Positions 1 to 7,963 of a stretch of 20,276 nucleotides of DNA are shown piece by piece. Made by a program: the position numbers and the translations under genes. The notes under the pieces were generated by a model. That model ran no database searches and was not told the DNA's origin. It was given only the letters and a program-made list of their open reading frames with translations. Source of the DNA: an uncultured Clostridiaceae bacterium (GTDB lineage Bacteria; Bacillota; Clostridia; TANB77; CAG-508). The first letter of the stretch is position 1, and every line of letters begins with the position of its first letter. Where the stretch lies: positions 1 to 20,276 of the forward strand of contig CAKNOI010000023.1 in assembly GCA_930990125.1 (NCBI GenBank). Reading direction: 5' to 3'.

Positions 1-131
1 AAGCACTGTCAATGCTTATATCAATTTTGTATTTAATTAACTGTCAAATTCCCGATTCTTTATATATTATTGGTAAAATTTATAAATAAAAAGAAGTTTT
101 GAAAAATTTTATACTTTTTTGTAAAAAACTA

Positions 132-160
132 TTGAATATTCTTTTATTTAATAATATAAT
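132..160 (+). promoter_or_regulatory. putative sigma-A promoter of the 196..657 gene
   Basis: TTGAAT (132-137), 17-nt spacer, TATAAT (155-160). GAGGAG RBS (183-188) lies 7 nt before ATG 196. Confidence 0.45.
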
Positions 161-195
161 GTAGACTGCAAAAGATAAATTAGAGGAGAAGTTTT

Positions 196-657
196 ATGGA
201 ATTGGTTAAAAATATATTTTTTAATACAGATAAACTCGTAGGAAATACAAAAGTTAAAATCTCATATACAGGTAAATTTTTTCAAGATAATTCAGAAGAA
301 GTATATCTTCATTATGGATTTGGTTTACAATGGGATAATTTAAATGATATAAAAATGGAAAAAACAGATTTAGGTTTTCAAGCAGAAATTGAATTATGTG
401 AGATGGAAACTTTAAATTTGTGTTTTAAGAATGAAAAGAATGAATGGGACAATAATGAAGGTCAAAACTATATTTTCCCAATCGAAAAGATAGAAACTGC
501 TTTAGTATTAGCAGATGAGAAAACAAATATTGGTGCTCCAAGAAGATTAAGAAAATCTTATTTATGGGGTAAAAAAATACGTATTGCTTTATATAAAATC
601 ATTACGTATTTACCAAAAACCATTATGGGTAATTTTAAAAGAAAAATAACAAATTAA
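196..657 (+). CDS. small protein with a CBM25/CBM53-like (starch-binding type) domain and a basic C-terminal tail
   Basis: Good RBS. Matches the pattern KVKISYTG...VYLHYGFG..W......M.K...GFQAEIEL....LNLCFKN...EWDNNEGQNYIFPI, typical of the W-DNN-G-NY carbohydrate-binding fold. No signal peptide. Confidence 0.5.
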   Translation: MELVKNIFFNTDKLVGNTKVKISYTGKFFQDNSEEVYLHYGFGLQWDNLNDIKMEKTDLGFQAEIELCEMETLNLCFKNEKNEWDNNEGQNYIFPIEKIETALVLADEKTNIGAPRRLRKSYLWGKKIRIALYKIITYLPKTIMGNFKRKITN

Positions 658-705
658 TAACTATTACTATGTGTAATATAAAATTTTAATTTTGTTTCCT
701 TATTT

Positions 706-738
706 AAAAAAGAAGAAGATTAGCTCTTCTTCTTTTTT
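706..738. terminator. bidirectional rho-independent terminator between convergent genes
   Basis: AGAAGAAG (711-718) / loop ATTAGCT / CTTCTTCT (726-733), flanked by an A-run upstream and a T-run downstream. Overlaps the stop of the SDR gene. Confidence 0.6.
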
Positions 739-1492
739 AAATATTCCATCCTCCATTTACGGATATAATTTGTCCTGTTGTATAATTGTCTTCTATAAGC
801 CATTTTAAGCAAGGATATAAATCCTCTGTTTTTCCTATTCTATGTAATGGAATTTCGTCTAAAATAGCCCCTATTTCCTCTTTGGTTAATCCATCGTTCA
901 TCGATGTTTGAATGATTCCAGGAGCAATAGCATTTACTCGAATATTACTTGGTCCTAATTCTTTGGCAAGTGCCTTTGTTAATCCATTCATTCCTGCTTT
1001 TGAAACAGAATATGCCACTTCACAAGAAGCTCCTGTTATCCCCCAAATAGAAGAAATATTGATAATAGAGCCTTCCTTTTGTGAAATCATATAACGACTT
1101 GCTTCTTGACTCATAAAAAAGGCTGAGCTTAAATTGGTAGCAAGAATGGTATTCCAATCTTCTTCTGTGACATCCGTAAATAAACTTATTTTATCTATCC
1201 CTGCATTGTTAATGAGTACATCTATCTTTTGATATTTTTGTATTGCAAATTCTACCAACGCCTTTGCCTCTTCTTTTTTAGATACATCTGTTTTTACAAT
1301 ATCTATATTCTTATTTTCTGCTTTTAGTTTTTCTTGTATTTCCTTTGCCTCTTTTTCGGAATGATAATAATTTAAAATTACTTGATACCCATCTCTTGCT
1401 AATCTTTCTACAAAGCATGCTCCAATTCCTCTAGAACCACCTGTTACTATTACAACTTTTGATTTTTCCATTTTCTTTTTCCTTTTTATCAT
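737..1492 (-). CDS. short-chain dehydrogenase/reductase (FabG-like 3-oxoacyl-ACP reductase family)
   Basis: TGGSRGIG cofactor motif, NNAG, and catalytic Ser plus YSVSK (YxxxK). The true start is probably the second Met (MEKSKVVIVTGG, ATG at 1471), which has an AAAGGA RBS. Confidence 0.9.
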   Translation of the reverse strand: MIKRKKKMEKSKVVIVTGGSRGIGACFVERLARDGYQVILNYYHSEKEAKEIQEKLKAENKNIDIVKTDVSKKEEAKALVEFAIQKYQKIDVLINNAGIDKISLFTDVTEEDWNTILATNLSSAFFMSQEASRYMISQKEGSIINISSIWGITGASCEVAYSVSKAGMNGLTKALAKELGPSNIRVNAIAPGIIQTSMNDGLTKEEIGAILDEIPLHRIGKTEDLYPCLKWLIEDNYTTGQIISVNGGWNI

Positions 1493-1592
1493 TTTTTATA
1501 TAGTAGTTTTCCTATACATGTAGTTTCGACACATGTACAGGTCTGCCTTGCTAACCGCACAGCCCAAGGTAATTTAGTCCTTGTTATATAGC

Positions 1593-1627
1593 AAAAAGCT
1601 AGACAATCTGTTTGAAAGTCTAGCTTT
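1593..1627 (-). terminator. rho-independent terminator after the tRNA operon
   Basis: On the minus strand: AAAGCTAGAC / 13-nt loop / GTCTAGCTTT followed by TTTTT, directly downstream of tRNA-Thr. Confidence 0.6.
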
Positions 1628-1632
1628 AAGTT

Positions 1633-1708
<76 letters not shown>

Positions 1709-1710
1709 GT

Positions 1711-1785
1711 TGGTGACCCCGACGGGAATCGAACCCATGACTCCGCCGTGAAAGGGCGGTGTCTTAACCGCTTGACCACGGGGCC
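1711..1785 (-). tRNA. tRNA-Glu (anticodon UUC), CCA encoded
   Basis: Reverse complement is GGCCCCGTGGTCAAGCGGTTAAGACACCGCCCTTTCACGGCGGAGTCATGGGTTCGATTCCCGTCGGGGTCACCA. Anticodon stem CCGCC/GGCGG with loop CTTTCAC. Confidence 0.92.
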
Positions 1786-1789
1786 AAAT

Positions 1790-1865
1790 TGGTGAGCCAT
1801 CGCAGACTCGAACTGCGGACAACTTGATTAAAAGTCAAGTGCTCTACCACCTGAGCTAATGGCCC
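1790..1865 (-). tRNA. tRNA-Lys (anticodon UUU), CCA encoded
   Basis: Reverse complement is GGGCCATTAGCTCAGGTGGTAGAGCACTTGACTTTTAATCAAGTTGTCCGCAGTTCGAGTCTGCGATGGCTCACCA. Anticodon stem CTTGA/TCAAG with loop CTTTTAA. Confidence 0.92.
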
Positions 1866-1899
1866 ATAAAAATCTCACCATATCCGTGGCTGCTTGATT

Positions 1900-1928
1900 A
1901 TTTTACTATATTTTTTTCTTCTTGTCAA
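1900..1928 (-). promoter_or_regulatory. sigma-A promoter of the tRNA-Lys/Glu/Thr operon
   Basis: Minus strand reads TTGACA (1928-1923), 17-nt spacer, TAAAAT (1905-1900), about 35 nt upstream of tRNA-Lys. Confidence 0.6.
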
Positions 1929-1990
1929 CCACTTTTTTAAAAAAATCGCAAATTTTACACTTTTTTTGTTGTTTTAAGAAATTTTTATAG

Positions 1991-2051
1991 CTACATTCCA
2001 TAAAATCCTTAAAAAAATAAAATATCTTTTACCAAATTTTATGGAATGTAG
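1991..2051. repeat. perfect 16-bp inverted repeat (possible terminator or insulator hairpin)
   Basis: CTACATTCCATAAAAT (1991-2006) and ATTTTATGGAATGTAG (2036-2051) are exact reverse complements separated by 29 nt. Lies between the DUF1858 gene stop and the tRNA promoter. Confidence 0.45.
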
Positions 2052-2082
2052 TATCTTCTATCTTGTTTTTCAATCTTCTGGC

Positions 2083-2265
2083 TTACGCATTTAATTCTTG
2101 TATTAGTTCTTCTACTTCTATTCCGTGTACATCACATGCTTCTTCTAATGTTTCTTCTCTAGAAGCTGGACATCCTAAACAATGCATACCAGCATTTAAT
2201 AAAATTTCTGCTTTTTCTGGATATTTTTCTAATAATTCTCCTATTTTCATTGTTTTTTCTATCAT
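2083..2265 (-). CDS. DUF1858 / hybrid-cluster-protein-associated redox disulfide protein
   Basis: 60 aa with the typical signature IGELLEKYPE...L...GMHCLGCP.S..ETLEEAC..HG. RBS AGGAGG upstream. Confidence 0.8.
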   Translation of the reverse strand: MIEKTMKIGELLEKYPEKAEILLNAGMHCLGCPASREETLEEACDVHGIEVEELIQELNA

Positions 2266-2549
2266 TTTGAGTAACCTCCTTTTTTATCTTATCTTTTTTA
2301 ATTTGTTTTATTATTTTACCATATTTTTTAAAAAAAGTATAGACAAAATTTTTATTTTGTAGTATTATGGTAAATAATGGAAGCGAGGTGGATTTTATTT
2401 CTTCTTTAATTATTATCTTTTTTATTCTACTTATTTTGAATCTTTTTATCGTTTTTTATACTATCTACACCCTATTTTCTGTTTTTCTTTTTCAAACAAA
2501 ACAAGGTTCCAAATTAACATTTAAAAAGTTTTAGTTAGGAGGTTTCTTT

Positions 2550-4247
2550 TTGCGAAAACAATTACTTATTACTTTACTTTTGTCTGGCTTACTCTGCCTT
2601 CTTGGATATGCTATTTTTTATCCTATTTTCTATTCTACTACCATTATCATTCCTTTTGCCATTCATCCTTTTAATATTGTACAAGAATATCCCACTGCTT
2701 GGAAATGGATAAAATGTATTTTTGTTATTTCTTATTTTCTTTCTTCTTTGATTCTTTCTCATATGCTAACTATGATTTTTTTCTCCCGTTCTTCTAAAAC
2801 AATAAAAGGAAAAGAGGAAACTGAAATTTCCGATTCTTCTTTGCAATTACTATTGGGAAAAAATATGGAAAATAAGTCTGTATTTCTTTCGCAAAAAGCA
2901 TTATTCCAAAACATCTTAATTACGGGAACTATTGGAACAGGGAAAACCAGTAGTAGTATGTATCCTTTTACCAAGCAATTACTGTATTATAAGGCAGCAT
3001 ATAAAGACCAAAAATTAGCCATACTTATCTTAGATGTAAAAGGAAATTATTCTTCTATGGTAAAACAATATTGTAAAGAATGTAATCGTTTAGAGGATTT
3101 GTCTATTATTTGTTTAGGAAAAAAAATAAAATATAATCCTTTGGATAAGCCACATTTAAAACCTGCCATTCTTGCTAATCGTTTACGTACTATTTTAACC
3201 CTATTTTCTCCCAATAACACAGAAGACTATTGGTTAGATAAATCCGAAGAAGTGCTAAGAGAAGCTATCAAACTTTGTAGATTATATAATCATCAATACG
3301 TTACCTTTGAAGAGATTCATAAAATTATTACTTCGTATGAATATTATCAGGAAAAAGTAAGTTATCTCAAAAATCTATTTTTATCCCATACCTTTTCTTC
3401 TTCACAAGAATATGATCTTTTAACTGCCTTACAATTTTTTGAAAAAGAATTTTTTTCTTTAGATATTCGTACTCTTTCTATTTTAAAATCTGAAATTACC
3501 CGCATTACCAATGTTTTTGTATCCGACTATGAAATTCTATCAACTTTCTGTCCAAAACAGGAGGAAATTTCGTTTCATGGATTCCAAGAAGTATTAGAAA
3601 AAGGAAAAATTGTTACATTACAAATGAATATTGCAGAATACAAAAATCTTTCTAAAATTATTGCAGCATATTTAAAACTAGATTTTCAGACAGAAGTTTT
3701 GTTACGTTTAAAAAATAAGTCTACTGATTTTCGTCCTTGCGCTTTTATTTGTGACGAATATCATGAATATGCCACTACTACAGATTCGTTATTCTTTTCA
3801 CAAAGTAGAGAAGCAAAATGTATTAATATTGTTGCTACCCAAAGTTACACTTCTTTACTAAACACCTTACATGATAAATCTGCTGTAGAAGTTATTTTAC
3901 AAAGTTTAACAAATAAACTCTGGTTTCGCAATGATGATTTATATACTATTGAATCTTGTCAAAAACAATTAGGAAAAGAAGAAAAGATAAAAGTTTCACA
4001 AAATGTGTCGGAAAACGCGCAAGAAACCAATATCAATTATTTGACACTTTCTTTGGATTCTAAAAAATCTAATATCTCAGAAGGTTTTACAAAATATACA
4101 GAACTTGACTTTTGTTATGATTTCAAATTTTTAACACAAGAACTAGAAACCTTTTCCTGTCTTGCCTTTTTATCCGATGGAGATAAAATCCTACCTCCTC
4201 AAAAATTAAATTTAATTCCATATTTTAAAAAGGAGATGTTATCATGA
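2550..4247 (+). CDS. type IV coupling protein-like ATPase (TraG/TraD/VirD4 superfamily)
   Basis: TTG start 7 nt after AGGAGG. Two N-terminal TM helices, Walker A GTIGTGKTSS, Walker B-like AFICDEYHEY, then SREAKCINIVATQSYTSL (the R...Q motif layout of coupling proteins). Confidence 0.7.
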   Translation: MRKQLLITLLLSGLLCLLGYAIFYPIFYSTTIIIPFAIHPFNIVQEYPTAWKWIKCIFVISYFLSSLILSHMLTMIFFSRSSKTIKGKEETEISDSSLQLLLGKNMENKSVFLSQKALFQNILITGTIGTGKTSSSMYPFTKQLLYYKAAYKDQKLAILILDVKGNYSSMVKQYCKECNRLEDLSIICLGKKIKYNPLDKPHLKPAILANRLRTILTLFSPNNTEDYWLDKSEEVLREAIKLCRLYNHQYVTFEEIHKIITSYEYYQEKVSYLKNLFLSHTFSSSQEYDLLTALQFFEKEFFSLDIRTLSILKSEITRITNVFVSDYEILSTFCPKQEEISFHGFQEVLEKGKIVTLQMNIAEYKNLSKIIAAYLKLDFQTEVLLRLKNKSTDFRPCAFICDEYHEYATTTDSLFFSQSREAKCINIVATQSYTSLLNTLHDKSAVEVILQSLTNKLWFRNDDLYTIESCQKQLGKEEKIKVSQNVSENAQETNINYLTLSLDSKKSNISEGFTKYTELDFCYDFKFLTQELETFSCLAFLSDGDKILPPQKLNLIPYFKKEMLS

Positions 4248-4588
4248 AAACAATTTATCATTCTAAAAAATTTCGTTTTATTATTCTTATTTTATGCCTT
4301 TTCTTTCTCTGTTTTACTCTTTTTCCTATCTGTTCCTATGGGGCAACTCCTAAAATTGTAAAAATAGCAGAAGATGCCTTTGAGGATATTGAAAAATGGC
4401 TACTTACTATTTCCACTCCTGCTGCAGCTGTTGCTGTTGTTACCGGTTTATTTATCCAAAAATTTAGCTTTGGGGATGAAGAACGTATTCGAACAGGAAA
4501 AAAATTAGTAAAAAGTGCTTTATTTTGTTACGCTTTTGTACTAGGAACAGATCTTGTATTGGCAGCTATTAAAGCACTAGTAAAATAG
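4244..4588 (+). CDS. VirB2/TrbC-like small secreted membrane protein (pilin-like)
   Basis: ATGA start/stop overlap with the upstream gene. Signal peptide ending CSYG/ATP, followed by two hydrophobic helices (TPAAAVAVVTGLFI, ALFCYAFVLGTDLVLAAI). Assignment rests on architecture only. Confidence 0.5.
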   Translation: MKTIYHSKKFRFIILILCLFFLCFTLFPICSYGATPKIVKIAEDAFEDIEKWLLTISTPAAAVAVVTGLFIQKFSFGDEERIRTGKKLVKSALFCYAFVLGTDLVLAAIKALVK

Positions 4589-4601
4589 GATGTGATGCTA
4601 T

Positions 4602-5483
4602 TTGAGCTCTAACGTAAATGTAACCGAAGTAATTTTTCAAACAATAAATTCGTTATTAGAAAGTTTATTTTCTTCTATTGATAATAACGTATATACGATA
4701 TTAGATGATATTACATTTTTAGATGCTGATTTTCTAAAAGATTCTACATTTGAATCTATTTTTGGAACTTCTATCGGAAATGGCATGTTATATATTGTAG
4801 ATGCTTTTTTACTTGGTTTTGTTTTATATTACCTTTTTCGTCTTTTACTTTCACATTTTACCTATCTTCCTATTGAAAATCCGTATCAATTTTTATTTAA
4901 GTTATTGTTTATTGGTATTGCAATTCATTTTTCCTTTTTTCTATGTGAGCAATTGGTAACCCTCATTTCTTTCCTTTCTTCTGCTATTCGTGAATTAGGA
5001 GAATTACTATTCCATAAAAATATTTGTTTTGCCGAATTAATTACAGAATTAAATTCCACCATTTATGTTGGTGATTCGGATTTTAATATTTTTTCTTTTG
5101 ACGGCCTTTTAAAAGGATTTATCTCTGTTAGTTTATTAAATCTAGTATTTTCTTATTCTTTCCGTTATGTTTTACTTAAAATTTTACTTTTGTTTTCTCC
5201 TTTTGCTATTGCCACATTATTAAACCATTCTACTTCTTGGTTTTTTAAAACCTGGTTTCGCTCTGTGCTCTCTTTGCTTTCTATTCAGGTTTTAGTAGCA
5301 CTTGCTTTACTTATTATTTTATCAACCTCTTATAAAAGTAGTGATATTCTTTCCCAATTTATCTATATTGGTTCTTTATATGTTTTAATTCGCGCAAATT
5401 CCATTGTTCGTGAATTATTAGGTGGGTTATCCACAACTATTTCTCAATCTGTGGATACCTTTTCCTCTTTTTTTAAAAAATAA
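4602..5483 (+). CDS. polytopic membrane protein, VirB6/TrbL-like
   Basis: 293 aa with about 6 hydrophobic spans, positioned between the VirB2-like and VirB3-like genes. TTG start with a weak RBS. Assignment by context and topology. Confidence 0.45.
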   Translation: MSSNVNVTEVIFQTINSLLESLFSSIDNNVYTILDDITFLDADFLKDSTFESIFGTSIGNGMLYIVDAFLLGFVLYYLFRLLLSHFTYLPIENPYQFLFKLLFIGIAIHFSFFLCEQLVTLISFLSSAIRELGELLFHKNICFAELITELNSTIYVGDSDFNIFSFDGLLKGFISVSLLNLVFSYSFRYVLLKILLLFSPFAIATLLNHSTSWFFKTWFRSVLSLLSIQVLVALALLIILSTSYKSSDILSQFIYIGSLYVLIRANSIVRELLGGLSTTISQSVDTFSSFFKK

Positions 5484-5500
5484 TTGCTTGGAGGCCAACT

Positions 5501-5779
5501 ATGAAATTTATTTTTCCTAAAAACTATACTACCCGTTTTAAGTTATTTGGTTTTTTAGATTATACTACTGCCCTTTTTAATCTTTGTTGGATTCTTCTTC
5601 TTTTTGGTATATTACAACTATTTCCTTTTTCTTTTCAAACTAAACTGTTTATCCTTATCTTTCTTTCGTTTCCTTTACTATTATTTAGTATTTTTGGTTT
5701 TGCCGATGAAACGATTCTTTCTGTGCTTTCTTATCTTATTTCTTTCTATCGAAAAAGAAAAATATATTTATATCGCTAA
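5501..5779 (+). CDS. PrgI/TcpE-family (VirB3-like) small membrane protein
   Basis: GGAGG RBS. 92 aa with two TM helices and the family-typical layout FKLFG.L......F.....LLFG ... LSFPLLLFSIFGF.DE........YLISFYRKRKIYLY. Confidence 0.55.
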   Translation: MKFIFPKNYTTRFKLFGFLDYTTALFNLCWILLLFGILQLFPFSFQTKLFILIFLSFPLLLFSIFGFADETILSVLSYLISFYRKRKIYLYR

Positions 5780-5864
5780 TCCTTAAAAAAGTCCAAAATA
5801 CGCTTCTTTCCAACTTATTAATACATTCTTTTTCTCTTTCTTCTATTTTTCTTCTTTCTCTTGA

Positions 5865-5893
5865 TTGTAAATCTTTTGATAAAATGATATAAT
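5865..5893 (+). promoter_or_regulatory. sigma-A promoter (extended -10) of the dnaD/dnaI-like operon
   Basis: TTGTAA (5865-5870), 17-nt spacer, TGaTATAAT (5885-5893). AAGGAG RBS before ATG 5925. Confidence 0.55.
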
Positions 5894-5924
5894 CGATACG
5901 ATATTAAAAAAGGAGAAGAAAAAA

Positions 5925-6899
5925 ATGAAACTAGAGAAAAATGACCTCATCTTACTATTTTCTAATACAGAATTACCAGATGTATTTTTTACAGAATATC
6001 TTTCTGCTGCAAGTGGAGATGCCATTAAAGTGTATCTTTATTTTCTTTTCCTGTCCAAGTACAATAAAGAAATTAAATTAAACGATGTTTCTAAAACTTT
6101 AGCAATCCCTTTAAAAGGTATTCAAGATGCTATTAAATATTGGGAAGAGTTAGGTGTTTTTACCAAAAAAAATGCTGGTTATATTGTAAATAACATCCAA
6201 GAACTAGAATTGCATAAACTGTATTCGCCTAAAATTACGTCTTCACCAGAAGAAACCCAAAAAGTATCTAAAAATAAATACCGTGCAAAAGCAATTGAAA
6301 ATATTAATAATCAGTTTTTCCAAGGAGTCATGTCTCCTTCTTGGTATAGTGATATTGATTTATGGTTTAAGAAATATGGATTTGACGAACAAGTAATGAT
6401 TGCTCTTTTTCAATATTGTTTTAATCGTTCTGCCCTTCATCGAAATTATATTCAAACGGTAGCAGATGCTTGGTCTAAAAATAATATTAAAACTTTTAAT
6501 GACCTAGATTTATATTACGAAAAGCAAGAAAAGCTAAATGTAATGAAAAAAGCAATTGCTAAAAAACTTGGATATACTAGGGCTCTAACACAATACGAAG
6601 AAGCCTATATTGAAAAATGGTCTGTTGACTATGGATATAGCCTAGATATTATTGAAATTGCTTTAAAAAAGACAACTTCTAAAGCCAATCCAAATTTTGA
6701 CTATCTAGATAAACTTATTTCCGATTGGCATGATAGAGGATTTACAACAGTTTCAGAAATACAACAATTTATTGCAGAAATGAAACAAAAAAATAAAAAT
6801 ATAAAAGAATTAGAAAAGAAAACCGGATATCAGCATTATGAACAGAGAAATTATGACAATTTAGAAAATCTATACGCCAATCTTTCTAATCCATCTTAA
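5925..6899 (+). CDS. DnaD-domain replication protein (Firmicute DnaB/DnaD-like primosome component)
   Basis: N-terminal winged-helix-like region, then two DnaD-type C-terminal repeats (FDEQVMIALFQYCFNRSALHRNYIQTVADAWSKNNI and YSLDIIEIALKKT...NFDYLDKLISDWHDRGF). Followed by a loader ATPase gene. Confidence 0.8.
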   Translation: MKLEKNDLILLFSNTELPDVFFTEYLSAASGDAIKVYLYFLFLSKYNKEIKLNDVSKTLAIPLKGIQDAIKYWEELGVFTKKNAGYIVNNIQELELHKLYSPKITSSPEETQKVSKNKYRAKAIENINNQFFQGVMSPSWYSDIDLWFKKYGFDEQVMIALFQYCFNRSALHRNYIQTVADAWSKNNIKTFNDLDLYYEKQEKLNVMKKAIAKKLGYTRALTQYEEAYIEKWSVDYGYSLDIIEIALKKTTSKANPNFDYLDKLISDWHDRGFTTVSEIQQFIAEMKQKNKNIKELEKKTGYQHYEQRNYDNLENLYANLSNPS

Positions 6900-6911
6900 A
6901 AAGGAGGAATC

Positions 6912-7916
6912 ATGCAAAACACAGAATTGAAATCCATTTTAAAAGAATATGAAGAAAAAAGATTCCGCAGAGAATTAGCATTAGAACAGAAAAAGCAAGA
7001 AATATATGCAAAATGTCCTAGGTTACAAGAAATTGAAGACACATTAAAAAAGCTCGGAATTACAACCGTTCAATCTATTGCAAATTCAGATAAAACAACA
7101 CATTTACAAAAAATACAAGAATTAAACCAGAAAATACAACAACTAAAAACAGAAAAACAGCAATTACTTGCTTCATTGCAATTATCCGAAAAAGATTTAC
7201 TTCCTGTTTTTGATTGCCCTATCTGTGAAGATACCGGTTATACGAAGGAAAGTAACGGAACCGTAATGTGTTCATGTTTAACGCAAAAACTACTAAATAC
7301 ACAATATAATAAATCCAATATTACTAACATACAAAAAGAAAATTTTGAGAATTTTAACCTTCTTTACTACTCTGATAAAGTAGATACGGAAAAGTATTCT
7401 GCCTCTATCTCTCCAAGAGATAACATACAAATTATTAAAGGCATTTGTGAAAAATTTATTCAAAATTTTGATGACCCTTCCGAAAAAAATTTATTGTTTG
7501 TAGGTAATACGGGACTTGGAAAAACATTTCTTTCTAACTGCATTGCAGGAGAAATATTAGCAAAAAGAAAAACCGTTTTATATCAAACTGCTCCTGTTAT
7601 GTTTGATTCCATCTTAGATGATAAATTTGGAAAAACACATAACAACACCATGGAGCACATCCTAAATGCTAATTTACTCATTATAGATGACTTAGGAACA
7701 GAATATAGAAACGATTTAAAATTTGCGGATTTATATGAAATTATTAATACTCGATTACTACATCAAGAACAAAAAATTACTAAAACTATTATTTCTACTA
7801 ATTTAAATATTACTGCATTATTTAAAACCTATGACGAAAGAATTGTTTCTCGTTTAGTAGAACATTATAATATTTGTAGATTTTTTGGAGAAGACATTCG
7901 TTTTCAGAAAAAATAA
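6912..7916 (+). CDS. DnaI/DnaC-like helicase-loader AAA+ ATPase
   Basis: Zinc-ribbon-like CPICEDTG...CSC, Walker A GNTGLGKTFL, Walker B LLIIDDLGTE, and sensor region TIISTN. Confidence 0.85.
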   Translation: MQNTELKSILKEYEEKRFRRELALEQKKQEIYAKCPRLQEIEDTLKKLGITTVQSIANSDKTTHLQKIQELNQKIQQLKTEKQQLLASLQLSEKDLLPVFDCPICEDTGYTKESNGTVMCSCLTQKLLNTQYNKSNITNIQKENFENFNLLYYSDKVDTEKYSASISPRDNIQIIKGICEKFIQNFDDPSEKNLLFVGNTGLGKTFLSNCIAGEILAKRKTVLYQTAPVMFDSILDDKFGKTHNNTMEHILNANLLIIDDLGTEYRNDLKFADLYEIINTRLLHQEQKITKTIISTNLNITALFKTYDERIVSRLVEHYNICRFFGEDIRFQKK

Positions 7917-7933
7917 TAAAACCTTGTCTGCAG

Positions 7934-7962
7934 AAAAAAAGTGGCTAATTTGCCACTTTTTT
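7934..7962. terminator. bidirectional terminator between the convergent loader gene and gyrA
   Basis: AAAAAAA GTGGC TAATTT GCCAC TTTTTT. Confidence 0.7.
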
Positions 7963-7963
7963 C

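Noticed and set aside
1-17. Small hairpin AAGCA/TGCTT at the very start of the window as a terminator of an upstream gene
   Set aside because: The stem is only 5 bp and the upstream context is missing, so it cannot be evaluated.
2063-2362. 99-aa + strand ORF overlapping the DUF1858 gene
   Set aside because: The opposite-strand 60-aa protein has a clear family signature and RBS. This ORF is a low-complexity Phe/Ser/Ile-rich shadow running into the promoter region.
5427-5458. A perfect DnaA-box TTATCCACA (5427-5435) plus an inverted near-match TGTGGATAC (5450-5458), which could hint at an origin
   Set aside because: Both lie inside the VirB6-like coding sequence. There is no cluster of further boxes, no AT-rich unwinding element and no dnaA nearby, so chance occurrence is the simplest explanation.
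5604-6025. ORFs 5604..5786 (+, alternative frame of the PrgI-like gene) and 5843..6025 (-, across the dnaD promoter)
   Set aside because: These are T-rich or A-rich low-complexity translations. They overlap a better-supported CDS or a promoter/RBS region.
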